Source: an uncultured Gammaproteobacteria bacterium (lineage in GTDB: Bacteria > Pseudomonadota > Gammaproteobacteria > UBA9214). Taken from it: 12,515 nt of DNA. Shown here one piece after another: positions 1-9,679 of this stretch. Under the pieces are notes generated by a model. The model was given only the letters and a program-made list of their open reading frames with translations. It did not search any database and was not told the origin of the DNA. Position 1 is the stretch's first letter, and the number at the start of each line of letters is the position of its first letter. The DNA lies in NCBI GenBank assembly GCA_963827755.1, contig CAWHCQ010000045.1, positions 1-12,515 of the forward strand. The letters run 5' to 3'. Made by a program: the position numbers and the translations under genes.

Positions 1-203
1 TTTTGCTGTTCAGCCAGTTTCCTGTCTTCCATGGCCTTGAGCACACCCTGGTCTACCAGCACTGCCTCGATCGGTTCGGTCGTCCCCGGCTGGATGACCG
101 ATGGCGTCCAGTCAAGCCCGACCATCAGCAGGGCCAGCAACACCAGGTGCACCAACACGGCATAGATGACGGCGCGTGGATTTTCGCGGACGACCTTCCA
201 CAT
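1..203 (-). CDS. tolA: Cell envelope integrity protein TolA, N-terminal part only (runs off the window start)
   Basis: Not in the ORF track. ATG at 203, 1 nt after the tolR stop, reads MWKVVRENPRAVIYAVLVHLVLLALLMVGLDWTPSVIQPGTTEPIEAVLVDQGVLKAMEDRKLAEQQ with no stop. It has a single TM helix with the conserved His, an IEAVLVD motif and the start of a charged helical region, and follows tolQ-tolR. Confidence 0.9.
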   Translation of the reverse strand, partial: MWKVVRENPRAVIYAVLVHLVLLALLMVGLDWTPSVIQPGTTEPIEAVLVDQGVLKAMEDRKLAEQQ

Positions 204-204
204 G

Positions 205-627
205 TTACCGGGTCGGATCCGTCACCAGGCCGACACGCGGCACACCGGCCTGCTGCAGCAACACCATCGCCGCAACCACCGTGCCGTAATCCACGGCATG
301 ATCGCCGCGTACCAGTACGGTCCGGTCCTGGCGGCGGCGCACGATGGTCGATACCTGTTTCAGCAGCGTCTCTTCATCCACCGGTGCATTCGGCGTATCG
401 CCGATATTCAGGTAGAGCTTGCCACCTGCATCCACGGTCACCAGCAGCGGTTCCTGCTGGTCCGGTGTCAGGGTTTCAGCCGCCGCCTCGGGCAGGTCAA
501 CCTTGACACCCTGGGTCAGCAAGGGCGCCGTGATCATGAAGATCACCAGCATGACCAGCATGACGTCGATATACGGCACGACGTTGATCTCGGCCATGGG
601 TTTTTTGCGAATGCGATGACGTGCCAT
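205..627 (-). CDS. tolR: Tol-Pal system protein TolR (ExbD/TolR family)
   Basis: AEINVVPYIDVMLVMLVIFMITAP TM motif with conserved Asp; C-terminal VRGDHAVDYGTVV...GLVT; lies between tolQ and tolA. Confidence 0.96.
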   Translation of the reverse strand: MARHRIRKKPMAEINVVPYIDVMLVMLVIFMITAPLLTQGVKVDLPEAAAETLTPDQQEPLLVTVDAGGKLYLNIGDTPNAPVDEETLLKQVSTIVRRRQDRTVLVRGDHAVDYGTVVAAMVLLQQAGVPRVGLVTDPTR

Positions 628-654
628 AGGCTCGGCTCTCTCCCCGGTCTGCGC

Positions 655-1329
655 TCAGTCGTGCGCCTGGCGCTGCAGGATGGTGGAGAATTCCTCCAGA
701 AAATTGTCGTAGCGGTTAATCAGCCGTTCCACGTCATTCGAGTAGCGGTTGTAGGCAATCACCGCCGGGATGGCCGCGAACAGGCCCATGGCCGTTGCGA
801 TCAGCGCCTCTGCAATACCCGGCGCCACCATCGACAGGGTTGCCTGCTGCGCATTACCCAGGCCGCGAAAGGAATTCATAATGCCCCAGACCGTGCCGAA
901 CAGGCCGACGTAGGGGCTGGTGGAACCCACCGTGGCAAGAAATGACAAATGCGTTTCCAGGTCATCGGTCTCCCGCGACAGGGCCACGCGCATCACCCGC
1001 TGCGCACCCTCGACCACCGCGCGCGGCTCGGCGCCCGATTGTTTGCGCAGGCGTGCAAACTCGCTGAAACCGGCATGGAAGATACCCGCCATACCGATAG
1101 TATGTTCCGGGTGTGCCGACACGTCGCGAAACAGGGCCGCCAGGTCGCCGCCGGACCAGAAGCGGTCTTCGAAGGCATCGGCCTCCTCGCGGGCCTGCTG
1201 CAGGGCACTGCGGCGCCTGAAGATCATTGTCCAGGAAACCATGGAAACCACCAGCAACAGCAGTATCACCAGTTGCACCACTGCGCTGGCACCCATGATG
1301 AGGTGGAAAAATGACATGTCAGTCGACAT
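655..1329 (-). CDS. tolQ: Tol-Pal system protein TolQ
   Basis: FEDRFWSGGDL, FLATVGSTSPYVGLFGTVWGIM and VAPGIAEALIATAMGLFAAIPAV motifs; GAAGGAG SD upstream; start overlaps the ybgC 3' end by 11 nt. Confidence 0.97.
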   Translation of the reverse strand: MSTDMSFFHLIMGASAVVQLVILLLLVVSMVSWTMIFRRRSALQQAREEADAFEDRFWSGGDLAALFRDVSAHPEHTIGMAGIFHAGFSEFARLRKQSGAEPRAVVEGAQRVMRVALSRETDDLETHLSFLATVGSTSPYVGLFGTVWGIMNSFRGLGNAQQATLSMVAPGIAEALIATAMGLFAAIPAVIAYNRYSNDVERLINRYDNFLEEFSTILQRQAHD

Positions 1330-1732
1330 CCGCTATCTCCTTCAAAATAAATTCCGGTATGGCTTGCGGACGCAGAGAGACTGCATCCAGGCAAGCGATT
1401 TTTATTTCGCCGCTGCAAATCGGCCCGCCGTCGTCCTGGCAACGACTGATCAGCTGGCCGAATGTCAGGCTGGCACGGCCGCGAGCGACAATATCGGCGC
1501 TGACGCTGAGCAAATCATTGAAATGTGCGGTGCGCAGGTATTCAATGCGGGCGGAGCGTACGGCAAACAAAACGCCCTGCTCCTCGATCAGGCGGTCCTG
1601 CTCAAAACCCAGTGATCGCAGCCATTCAGTCCTGGCACGCTCCATGAAACGCAGATAATTGGCGTAATAGACCACGCCACCGCTGTCCGTATCCTCGTAG
1701 TAGACACGTACCTGCCATTTAAATCCGGACAC
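1319..1732 (-). CDS. ybgC: Tol-Pal-associated acyl-CoA thioesterase
   Basis: RVYYEDTDSGGVVYYANYLRFMERARTEWLR hot-dog thioesterase signature; GTG start with AAGGGGA SD; directly upstream of tolQ. Confidence 0.95.
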   Translation of the reverse strand: MSGFKWQVRVYYEDTDSGGVVYYANYLRFMERARTEWLRSLGFEQDRLIEEQGVLFAVRSARIEYLRTAHFNDLLSVSADIVARGRASLTFGQLISRCQDDGGPICSGEIKIACLDAVSLRPQAIPEFILKEIADVD

Positions 1733-1856
1733 TCGATCAATTCCCCTTGCAGTTGAACCTTACTGACCGCAAAACCGCACAGTAATTCCCGCGGCAGTTG
1801 CCACACTTTCAGTCATTGGAATCTCGAAGCTGGAAAAATATCGAAGGCCGTCTGAT

Positions 1857-2921
1857 TCAGCGCGAATAGTCCTCACCCGGTTCATCGGCAAACAATTCCT
1901 CTGTTGCGTTTGCAGGCCCTGCCGGCGGTTTCAGGCCACAGTGCAGCCAGGCGGTACGGGTCGCCTGGCGACCGCGCGGGGTGCGCATGATATAACCCTG
2001 CTGAATCAGGTAGGGTTCCAGCACATCCTCGATGGTGCCGCGCTCCTCGCCGATGGCGGCTGCGAGGCTGTCAACGCCGACCGGCCCACCGTCGAACTTC
2101 TCGATAATCGCCAGCAACAATTTACGGTCCTGTGCATCAAAGCCCTGCTCATCGACATTCAGCATGTCCATGGCCAGCCTGGCGACGCCCTGCGTAATCA
2201 CGCCGTCGGCCTTGACCTCGGCATAGTCACGCACCCGGCGCAGCAAGCGGTTGGCGATGCGCGGCGTACCGCGCGAGCGGCGCGCCAGTTCCCCGGCGCC
2301 CGCGGCGTCTGTATTGATGCCGAGGATGCCGGCGGCACGCAGCAGGATGAATGCCAGGTCATGCGTGTTATAAAACTCCAGCCGCTGCACAATGCCGAAG
2401 CGGTCGCGCAAGGGCGATGTCAGCAGCCCCGCGCGGGTGGTGGCGCCCACCAGTGTAAACGGCGGCAGGTCGAGCTTGATGGAGCGCGCGGCCGGTCCCT
2501 CGCCGATCATGATGTCGAGCTGAAAATCCTCGAGGGCCGGGTAGAGGATTTCCTCGACCACCGGGCTGAGCCGGTGGATTTCATCGACAAAGAGCACGTC
2601 ATTCGGTTCGAGATTGGTCAACAGGGCCGCCAGGTCTCCCGGCCGCTCCAGTACCGGGCCGGAGGTATGGCGCAACACGACGCCCATTTCGTTGGCGATG
2701 ATATGGGCCAGCGTGGTCTTGCCCAGCCCCGGCGGGCCGAAGATCAGGGTGTGGTCCAGCGCCTCACCGCGGCCCTTCGCAGCCCTTATAAAAATATCCA
2801 TTTGTTCAGATACTTGCGGCTGCCCCACGTACTCTTCCAGGGTCCTGGGACGGACGGCGCGGTCGAGCACCTCGTCTGCCCGGGAGGCCTTCGGGGTGAT
2901 CAGTCGGTCCGCTTCAATCAT
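1857..2921 (-). CDS. ruvB: Holliday junction branch migration ATPase RuvB
   Basis: Walker [10 protein letters not shown], Walker [45 protein letters not shown]. Start placed at ATG 2921 (MIEADRLI, typical RuvB N-terminus) rather than 2957. Confidence 0.97.
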   Translation of the reverse strand: MIEADRLITPKASRADEVLDRAVRPRTLEEYVGQPQVSEQMDIFIRAAKGRGEALDHTLIFGPPGLGKTTLAHIIANEMGVVLRHTSGPVLERPGDLAALLTNLEPNDVLFVDEIHRLSPVVEEILYPALEDFQLDIMIGEGPAARSIKLDLPPFTLVGATTRAGLLTSPLRDRFGIVQRLEFYNTHDLAFILLRAAGILGINTDAAGAGELARRSRGTPRIANRLLRRVRDYAEVKADGVITQGVARLAMDMLNVDEQGFDAQDRKLLLAIIEKFDGGPVGVDSLAAAIGEERGTIEDVLEPYLIQQGYIMRTPRGRQATRTAWLHCGLKPPAGPANATEELFADEPGEDYSR

Positions 2922-2968
2922 GGCTGCTAGTGTCGGCGCTCGGGCGTCCCGAATCAAGGGGCAGTGAT

Positions 2969-3562
2969 CTATTGAACGGTTGCCTGCAGGGCCTGGCGAA
3001 TAATCTCTTCCGAGGACAGGTCTTTGGCATCGATAACGCGCACCATGCGGCTCGCCTCGTTGGGTTTGTAGCCCAGCCCGACCAGTGCACTCACGGCATC
3101 CTCGACCGGGTTCGCCGCGCTGCTGGCGACGCCACCCGTGCCCGGGGCCACGTGCGTGAAGGCTTCCAGCCGGTCGCGCAATTCGATAATCAGGCGTTCC
3201 GCCGTCTTTTTACCCACACCCGGCAGGCGCACCAGGGCATCGCTGTTGGCCTCCAGCACACAGCCGACAAAGGTTTGTGTATCCATGCCGGAGAGAATCG
3301 TCAATGCCAGCTTTGCGCCGACGCCGTTCACCCGCAACAGGCTGCGAAACAGGTCCCGGTCAGTGAGTTTCGCAAAACCGTACAGGGTATGCGCGTCTTC
3401 TCGCACCGCAAGATGGGTAAACAGGGTGACCTCCGCCCCGACGGCAGGCAGGTCATAGAAGGTGGTCATCGGCGCATCGATCTCGTAACCGACGCCGTGT
3501 ACATCCAGCACCAGCCGTGGCGGCTGTTTGCTGAGTATCCTGCCGGACAGTTGCCCGATCAT
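2969..3562 (-). CDS. ruvA: Holliday junction DNA-binding protein RuvA
   Basis: MIGQLSG...[20 protein letters not shown], HhH motifs [10 protein letters not shown] and [13 protein letters not shown]-terminal [12 protein letters not shown]; ATGA overlap with the ruvC stop at 3559-3562. Confidence 0.97.
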   Translation of the reverse strand: MIGQLSGRILSKQPPRLVLDVHGVGYEIDAPMTTFYDLPAVGAEVTLFTHLAVREDAHTLYGFAKLTDRDLFRSLLRVNGVGAKLALTILSGMDTQTFVGCVLEANSDALVRLPGVGKKTAERLIIELRDRLEAFTHVAPGTGGVASSAANPVEDAVSALVGLGYKPNEASRMVRVIDAKDLSSEEIIRQALQATVQ

Positions 3563-4077
3563 TCGGCGAACTCCCGGTTGTCACCGCGCATGGCGCTGAC
3601 GCGCCGGCCGGTTTCGCGATGGTGACCATGACAGATGGCGACTGCCAGCGCATCGGCCGCATCGCTCTGTGGCTTTTTCTGCAACGCCAGCAGTACACAG
3701 ACCATGTGCTGCACCTGCTCCTTGGTCGCACCGCCCTTGCCAACCACTGCCTGCTTGATGGCGCGGGCCGCATATTCAGCGACCGGCAGCCGCGAATGCA
3801 CGCCGCTGCAAATGGCCGCACCCCGGGCCTGGCCGAGCTTCAGCGCGGAATCGGCATTCTTGTTCATGAACACCTGTTCAATACTCATTTCCTGCGGTGA
3901 GTATTCATTGATGATCTCGACGACACCACTGAAGATCATGCCGAGGCGCTCGGCCAGCGCCTCGCCCCTGGTGCGTATACAGCCGCTGGCAATATATCGG
4001 AGCTGCTGCCCCTGCTGGTCGATTATGCCGTAGCCCGTCACGCGCGAACCGGGATCAATACCAAGGATACGCGTCAT
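3559..4077 (-). CDS. ruvC: Crossover junction endodeoxyribonuclease RuvC
   Basis: [32 protein letters not shown] and [12 protein letters not shown] catalytic motifs. Start placed at ATG 4077 (MTRILG), 172 aa. Confidence 0.97.
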   Translation of the reverse strand: MTRILGIDPGSRVTGYGIIDQQGQQLRYIASGCIRTRGEALAERLGMIFSGVVEIINEYSPQEMSIEQVFMNKNADSALKLGQARGAAICSGVHSRLPVAEYAARAIKQAVVGKGGATKEQVQHMVCVLLALQKKPQSDAADALAVAICHGHHRETGRRVSAMRGDNREFAE

Positions 4078-4132
4078 GCCTTGCAGACCATTTTCATGCA
4101 CCCTCTCCCGCAGCGGCATTCATGGTAACCGG

Positions 4133-4879
4133 TTATTCCAGCTGTTTCAGGATCTCTTCGGAAATATCTGCATTGGAATAGACCTCCTGGACATCATCCA
4201 GATCTTCCAGGACTTCCAGCAGGCGAATCATCTTTTCGGCATCTTCCAGTTCAAGCGGCGATGTATTGTCTGCACGCATGGTCACCCCGGCATCTTCCGG
4301 TGCCTGGCCTGCCTCCACCATGGCTTCCTTGATATCCACAAAACGGTCAGGCTCGGTCAGTACATCCAGGGAACCATCATCATTATTGACCACATCCTCC
4401 GCGCCGGCTTCAAGGGCTGCCTCGATAACCCGGTCTTCATCGCTGTCCGGCGGATAACTGAGGACGCCGCTCTTGTTGAACTGGTAGGCAACCGAGCCGT
4501 CGGTGCCCAGGTTGCCGCCCGCCTTGGTGAAGGCATGGCGAACCTCGGCGACGGTGCGATTACGGTTGTCGGTGACACAGTCGACCATCACCGCGACGCC
4601 ACCCGGACCGTAACCCTCGTAGCGCACCTCTTCATAATTCTCACCGTCCTGTGCCCCTGAACCGCGCTTGATGGCACGGTCAATGGTGTCCCTCGTCATG
4701 TTACCCGCAAGGGCCTTGTCGACGGCCGTACGCAGGCGCGGATTGGATGCCGGGTCCGGATCACCCATGCGGGCAGAAACCGTGATTTCACGGATTAACT
4801 TGGTAAACAGCTTGCCACGCTTGGCATCCTGGGCATTCTTGCGGTGTTGTATGTTTGCCCACTTGCTATGTCCCGCCAT
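4133..4879 (-). CDS. yebC: YebC/PmpR family protein
   Basis: [37 protein letters not shown] and [13 protein letters not shown] motifs; GAGGTG SD; upstream of ruvC. Confidence 0.97.
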   Translation of the reverse strand: MAGHSKWANIQHRKNAQDAKRGKLFTKLIREITVSARMGDPDPASNPRLRTAVDKALAGNMTRDTIDRAIKRGSGAQDGENYEEVRYEGYGPGGVAVMVDCVTDNRNRTVAEVRHAFTKAGGNLGTDGSVAYQFNKSGVLSYPPDSDEDRVIEAALEAGAEDVVNNDDGSLDVLTEPDRFVDIKEAMVEAGQAPEDAGVTMRADNTSPLELEDAEKMIRLLEVLEDLDDVQEVYSNADISEEILKQLE

Positions 4880-4910
4880 TGCCGTTCACCTCGTATTGCA
4901 CAATTTGCGC

Positions 4911-4919
4911 AGTTTAACA
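4911..4919 (-). promoter_or_regulatory. Candidate extended -10 sigma70 promoter (TGT-TAAACT) for yebC-ruvCAB
   Basis: Minus strand reads TGTTAAACT about 31 nt upstream of the yebC start; no convincing -35, as expected for an extended -10. Confidence 0.4.
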
Positions 4920-4960
4920 TTGCTGTGCGGCTGAGTTACAGCGATGCACCTGCGCCCGCC

Positions 4961-5587
4961 CTAACCGCGGCTGAAATGCCCGTCCCTGAGAAAACGGCAG
5001 ACCTCAATGGCAACCTCACGGGAAAACATCAGTCCCGTGTGGGTGGTATTGACGCGCAGCGACCCGCTGGCATGCTCGAGCCGGGTCTCGGCAACTGCAA
5101 CGGTGCCGTCGTTGTCCCCCGCCAGGCCACCGATGAGCCGCCCGATCCCGACTGGCCGGTCACCGGCAATCACGCCCAGCGGCAAATGGCCCTGCCAGCC
5201 CGGACCGTCACCGAGCAATCCGTGGTGGCCGCTGCGGCCGAGCATCCAGCCCAGGCGGCGCGAGCGCTGCAGGCGGCAGGCCACGCCACTGCCTTTCACC
5301 GGGCTGCCAAGCAGCACGATGCGGCCGCGAACGAGATCGGGTTCTGCCTGCAGGGCCTGCAGGATGACCAGGCCACCGAGGCTGTGGCCCACCAGGTGGA
5401 TGCCGGCATCGCCCTGTTGGCGGACAAAGGCGGCAAGCTGTTGGGCATTGATTTCAAGTGTTGCCGAGAGGGAGGGATAACCGAACATGCGCACCCGGTA
5501 ACCGCAACGCCGCAGGCGCCTGGCAAGAACGCCCATCACCAGGGCGGGCATCCACAGACCATGCAGCAATATGACGGTTTCGGGCAT
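4961..5587 (-). CDS. Small alpha/beta-fold hydrolase (esterase/lipase-like)
   Basis: VILLHGLW oxyanion motif, GHSLGG nucleophile elbow, LLGSP, NDGTV (Asp) and THTGL (His) give a Ser-Asp-His triad; no signal peptide apparent. Confidence 0.88.
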   Translation of the reverse strand: MPETVILLHGLWMPALVMGVLARRLRRCGYRVRMFGYPSLSATLEINAQQLAAFVRQQGDAGIHLVGHSLGGLVILQALQAEPDLVRGRIVLLGSPVKGSGVACRLQRSRRLGWMLGRSGHHGLLGDGPGWQGHLPLGVIAGDRPVGIGRLIGGLAGDNDGTVAVAETRLEHASGSLRVNTTHTGLMFSREVAIEVCRFLRDGHFSRG

Positions 5588-5660
5588 CAGCGACTGTTGA
5601 TGACGACGCCGGAACGCAAGGCCCTGCCATGGGCACAGGCGTCTGCCTGTTCAGTACAGG

Positions 5661-7211
5661 TCAAACGCTGCCAAGCGCACCCACATGTTTTTCATACCAG
5701 GCGCGGCACTGCCGGCGTTGATAATGAATACGCCCGGGGTTGGCATATTCACGGCGGATGTTCTCTTCAATCGACATAAACATCTCGACCGGCAGGTGCT
5801 CGGCACCTTCCGGGTCCTTGCCCTTGACCGGTGCTTTCAGCAGGCGCTTTACGGCCACATCAAATGCCAGCGGGTTGTAATTGAATACCTCCTCCAGCGG
5901 CAGCTTCAGCCCGTTGTCGATGAGGTTGCTGTCGATCATGTCCTCGACCGGGTAGAGCCCGCGGGCCGCGGCAAGCGGATAGTCACTGCCGTAGACCATG
6001 CGATAATTGAAGTGCTTTTTATCCGGCCCGAAGAAGGCATTGAAATGCTGGAAGTTCTCCTCCACGGTCAATGCAGAGATGTCACCGAACAGGCACCATT
6101 GAAATTCATTCTTTTTACTCGCCATCATCTCGATGAAGTTCTCGTTGTTATGATAGGTTTTCGTATAGGTCTCGAGCCCCCAGTTCCATTCATCAACCGG
6201 TTCCGGGTAGCGCTTCACATCTTCACCACCGGCATGCGAGAGAATGACCGGGATGCCGAAATCCAGGGCCCGCGTCATCAGCAAGGGGTCTCCAAGGCGC
6301 TGGAATTCGGGATCCATCGGCCTGAAGCTATCCACGGCACCGCTGTGCGACATGATGACCTGGCCGTTCTTTTTTACACGCCGGTAAAATTCATTGTTGG
6401 AGATGTCGGATGGATCAAACCCCATCGCGGGCGCGATCCACTTGATATAACGACTCTTGTCTTTCAGGCTTTCTATCTGCTTGATCGCATCGACACGATA
6501 CGGATTGACTGAAACAACCGGTACGAAAGGATTGCTGTCACTGAACCGGCTGTTCAGGCACTCCGCGAGCTTGATGACATACCAGTTGGAAATATAGACA
6601 TCCGTTTTTTCCCTGATCAGCTCGGTACCCTTTTTATCATAATGCCCGTCAAGTGCCAGCAGGTGAATGCGCACATCGTATTTTTTGTTTCGAAACGGTT
6701 CGCTGGAGGCCTCCGGCACTGCATCGGGCGTGGCACACACCGTGCCGTGACCACGCTCGCCCGGCGTAGCGGTCAGCCCCCGGACCAGCTTTTCCAGCCG
6801 GCAGAGTGCCTGCTGGTCCGCCGTTTCCCTGTTGCCCTGGTCAACCCCCATGGTATCCATGAGCACCCGGGTCCTGAACCACCACCTGGGGCTGGAGTTG
6901 AAATCGAAGCGGTCTTCATTGATCCAGCTTTCCAGTTTTTCACCGCGAGGTACATCCGATAAATCCATGGCCGGACAGAACTCCGCCAGGTCCTGCCCGC
7001 TTCCGATCACGTGCAGGTGATGGTCGATCAACGGAACCCCGATGTCATAGGCCTTGTTGACGAGTCGTAGTGCTGTGCCGCTCATGCTTGTTTTCATCAG
7101 CAGCGGATTTTCCCGGTCAAACCCGCCGCCCAGTTTTGTTGCCCACCAGGATGCGCAGCCGCTCATGCTCATCAAGCAGAAAACCAGCAATACCGACAGT
7201 ACCTTTTTCAT
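5661..7211 (-). CDS. Amidohydrolase-superfamily metalloenzyme (Amidohydro_2-like TIM barrel), predicted lipoprotein
   Basis: Metal-ligand motifs IDHHLH (HxH), IKW, VIMSHSG, VILSHAG, LFGDISAL and RMVYGSDYP. N-terminus MKKVLSVLLVFCLMSMSG-C19 looks like a signal peptidase II signal. AGAGG SD upstream. Confidence 0.82.
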   Translation of the reverse strand: MKKVLSVLLVFCLMSMSGCASWWATKLGGGFDRENPLLMKTSMSGTALRLVNKAYDIGVPLIDHHLHVIGSGQDLAEFCPAMDLSDVPRGEKLESWINEDRFDFNSSPRWWFRTRVLMDTMGVDQGNRETADQQALCRLEKLVRGLTATPGERGHGTVCATPDAVPEASSEPFRNKKYDVRIHLLALDGHYDKKGTELIREKTDVYISNWYVIKLAECLNSRFSDSNPFVPVVSVNPYRVDAIKQIESLKDKSRYIKWIAPAMGFDPSDISNNEFYRRVKKNGQVIMSHSGAVDSFRPMDPEFQRLGDPLLMTRALDFGIPVILSHAGGEDVKRYPEPVDEWNWGLETYTKTYHNNENFIEMMASKKNEFQWCLFGDISALTVEENFQHFNAFFGPDKKHFNYRMVYGSDYPLAAARGLYPVEDMIDSNLIDNGLKLPLEEVFNYNPLAFDVAVKRLLKAPVKGKDPEGAEHLPVEMFMSIEENIRREYANPGRIHYQRRQCRAWYEKHVGALGSV

Positions 7212-7297
7212 CGCCCAGCCTCTTTACTTATTTGTATTATCCGGCCTGAACCGGAACCACTCTTTTTATTAACAGCTATGTTCGCACGAAAGTCCGT

Positions 7298-7732
7298 TTA
7301 ACCCGTCACATATTCAAGGATCGCGTCCCTGTTGGTGGAAGAACCGGCCAGCACTGCAGCTTCAGCGCGTGGCAACCAGCGGTACGCCGAGTGCTCTTCC
7401 CTGTTAATGCAAATTTCCGCCCGCTCCGGGCAACAGGCGACAAATACATGCTCACGGTTGCTTTGTGTACCCGGTGCAAAGCACTCACGCCAGGCGGGCA
7501 GTATTTCAAACTCGTGGCTGCGCTGACAGTCCTTCACGGCGATATCAAGACCGGTCTCTTCGCGCAATTCGCGCCGCGCCGCGGCCAGTGGTGATTCACC
7601 CTGCTCCAGTGAACCGGTGACTGACTGCCAGAAGCCCTCAGGCCGTAGACGCTGCAACATCAATACATCACCCCGGGTAGTATAAACCACCACGAGGACA
7701 GATTCAGGGCGTTTGTAGCCGGCGCTGGTCAC
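7298..7732 (-). CDS. nudB: Dihydroneopterin triphosphate diphosphatase (Nudix)
   Basis: YKRPESVLVV, FWQSVTGS, Nudix box GSLEQGESPLAAARRELREETG, NREHVF, EH and SSTNRDAI; follows aspS as in enterobacteria; GTG start. Confidence 0.92.
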   Translation of the reverse strand: MTSAGYKRPESVLVVVYTTRGDVLMLQRLRPEGFWQSVTGSLEQGESPLAAARRELREETGLDIAVKDCQRSHEFEILPAWRECFAPGTQSNREHVFVACCPERAEICINREEHSAYRWLPRAEAAVLAGSSTNRDAILEYVTG

Positions 7733-7829
7733 GTTTCCCGGCTAATAACGGCCTGCGGCCGGGTCAGATTCAAGGGGCCTGTCGAGGTATCCCATGCATC
7801 CCCTGGCCGACTTGCCGTGGCAATCCGCC

Positions 7830-9611
7830 TCAGCTGTCGACAGCGGGCGGCTTGCGCAGATGGATGCCGAGTTCAAGCAACTGGCCGCTGATCACCGCAG
7901 AGGGCGCATCGGTCAGCGGGCAGGCCGCCGTTTGCGTCTTCGGAAAGGCCATCACCTCGCGAATCGACGCCGCACCGGTCATCAGCATGACCAGCCGGTC
8001 CAGCCCGAACGCAAGCCCCCCGTGTGGCGGACAACCATGCTTGAGTGCATCGAGCAGGAAACCGAACTTTTCACGCGCCTCGGCTTCACTGATGCCGAGC
8101 AGCCTGAGTACGGTCTCCTGCATCGCCGTCGAGTGAATACGAATCGAACCGCCACCCAGCTCGGTGCCGTTCAGGACCATGTCATAGGCACGTGACAGGC
8201 TGGTCCCCGGGTTGGCTGCAAGCGCTTCCGGGTCATCGATATTCGGCGCCGTGAAGGGGTGATGCAGGGCCATCCAGCGATTTGCCTTTTCATCACGCTC
8301 GAACATCGGAAAATCAACCACCCAGACCGGCTTCCATTCAGCTTCCAGCAAATCACGGTCCCTGCCCAGCCGCACCCGCAAGGCGCCGAGCGATTCGTTG
8401 ACGACTTTCTCCCGGTCGGCACCGAAGAAAATCAGGTCCCCGTTGACCACGCCGGTGCGTGCAACGATGGCCTCGACCACATCGGGCGGCAGAAATTTCA
8501 GTATCGGCGATTGCAGCCCGTCCGGGCCGGCGGCCACATCGTTGACCTTGATATAGGCCAGGCCACGCGCACCGTACTTGGCGACGTAAGCGGTGTAGTC
8601 ATCGATATTCTTGCGGCTCAGATCGCAGCCGCCGGGGACGCGCAGGGCCGCCACCCGCCCCCCGGGGTCATTGGCCGGGCCTGAAAACACCTTGAATTCC
8701 ACAGCCTGCATGACGTCGCCCAGGTCAACCAGCTCCAGCGGGTTGCGCAGGTCCGGACGGTCGGTCCCGAAACGCAGCATGCTTTCGGCGTAGCCGATGC
8801 GCGGAAAAGGATTCGGCAGATCGACTGCGAGCACGTCGCGAAACAGATCACGCACCATGGCTTCCGTTATGCCCATGATTTCATCCTCGTTCATGAACGA
8901 GGTTTCGATATCCAGCTGGGTGAACTCGGGCTGGCGGTCGGCGCGCAGGTCTTCATCGCGAAAACAGCGCGCGATCTGGTAGTAACGGTCCATGCCGCTC
9001 ATCATCAGCAGCTGCTTGAACAATTGCGGTGATTGCGGGAGTGCAAAAAATTCCCCGGGATGGGTGCGGCTCGGCACCAGGTAGTCACGCGCGCCTTCGG
9101 GCGTGGAGCGTGTCAGCAGCGGGGTTTCGATATCGATGAAGCCGTGGGCGTCGAGAAAGCTGCGCAGGTTGTGGGTGATGCGTGCACGCAGACGCAGGCG
9201 CTGCTGCATTTCAGGACGTCTTAAATCGATATAACGGTAACGCAGCCGGGTCTCTTCGTGAATATCGCTGTCATCCAGCTGAAACGGCGGTGTTTCCGCG
9301 GCATTCAGCACCACCAGCTCCTTGCCCAGCACTTCAATTTTCCCGGTGGCCATATCGGCATTGATCGTGCCTTCGGGACGCGCCCTGACACGCCCCTTGA
9401 CCTGCAGCACGAACTCGTTGCGGACCCGCTCGGCTGTCGCGAAGGTTGCCTCGGTATCCGGATCAAAAACGACCTGGACAAGTCCCTTGTGATCGCGCAG
9501 GTCAACAAAAATCACGCCGCCATGGTCGCGCCGGCGATGCGCCCAGCCACAGAGTGTCACCTCCTGGTCGAGGTGTGATTCGTTCACTTCACCACAGTAA
9601 TGACTGCGCAT
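7830..9611 (-). CDS. aspS: Aspartate--tRNA ligase, probably non-discriminating tRNA(Asp/Asn) type
   Basis: MRSHYCG start (ATG 9611), [24 protein letters not shown], motif 2 [18 protein letters not shown], motif 3 [15 protein letters not shown] insertion domain. Confidence 0.98.
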   Translation of the reverse strand: MRSHYCGEVNESHLDQEVTLCGWAHRRRDHGGVIFVDLRDHKGLVQVVFDPDTEATFATAERVRNEFVLQVKGRVRARPEGTINADMATGKIEVLGKELVVLNAAETPPFQLDDSDIHEETRLRYRYIDLRRPEMQQRLRLRARITHNLRSFLDAHGFIDIETPLLTRSTPEGARDYLVPSRTHPGEFFALPQSPQLFKQLLMMSGMDRYYQIARCFRDEDLRADRQPEFTQLDIETSFMNEDEIMGITEAMVRDLFRDVLAVDLPNPFPRIGYAESMLRFGTDRPDLRNPLELVDLGDVMQAVEFKVFSGPANDPGGRVAALRVPGGCDLSRKNIDDYTAYVAKYGARGLAYIKVNDVAAGPDGLQSPILKFLPPDVVEAIVARTGVVNGDLIFFGADREKVVNESLGALRVRLGRDRDLLEAEWKPVWVVDFPMFERDEKANRWMALHHPFTAPNIDDPEALAANPGTSLSRAYDMVLNGTELGGGSIRIHSTAMQETVLRLLGISEAEAREKFGFLLDALKHGCPPHGGLAFGLDRLVMLMTGAASIREVMAFPKTQTAACPLTDAPSAVISGQLLELGIHLRKPPAVDS

Positions 9612-9679
9612 AGATAATAATCCGGTTACAGTTGGGTCGCGCACACGCGCTCGTATAGACTCATGACAGCCCTGCAATA

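Noticed and set aside
147-161. TolA TM motif AVLVH instead of the E. coli SxxxH
   Set aside because: The His is retained, and a small-residue substitution at the Ser position is, as far as I recall, common among TolA homologues; not evidence of inactivation.
1845-1856. AGGCCGTCTGAT, near match to the Neisseriaceae DNA uptake sequence
   Set aside because: I noticed only this one imperfect copy in 12.5 kb; true DUS are exact and frequent.
4923-4941. LexA/SOS box upstream of yebC-ruvCAB
   Set aside because: CTGT-N11-ACAG; the gammaproteobacterial LexA box needs CTGT-N8-ACAG.
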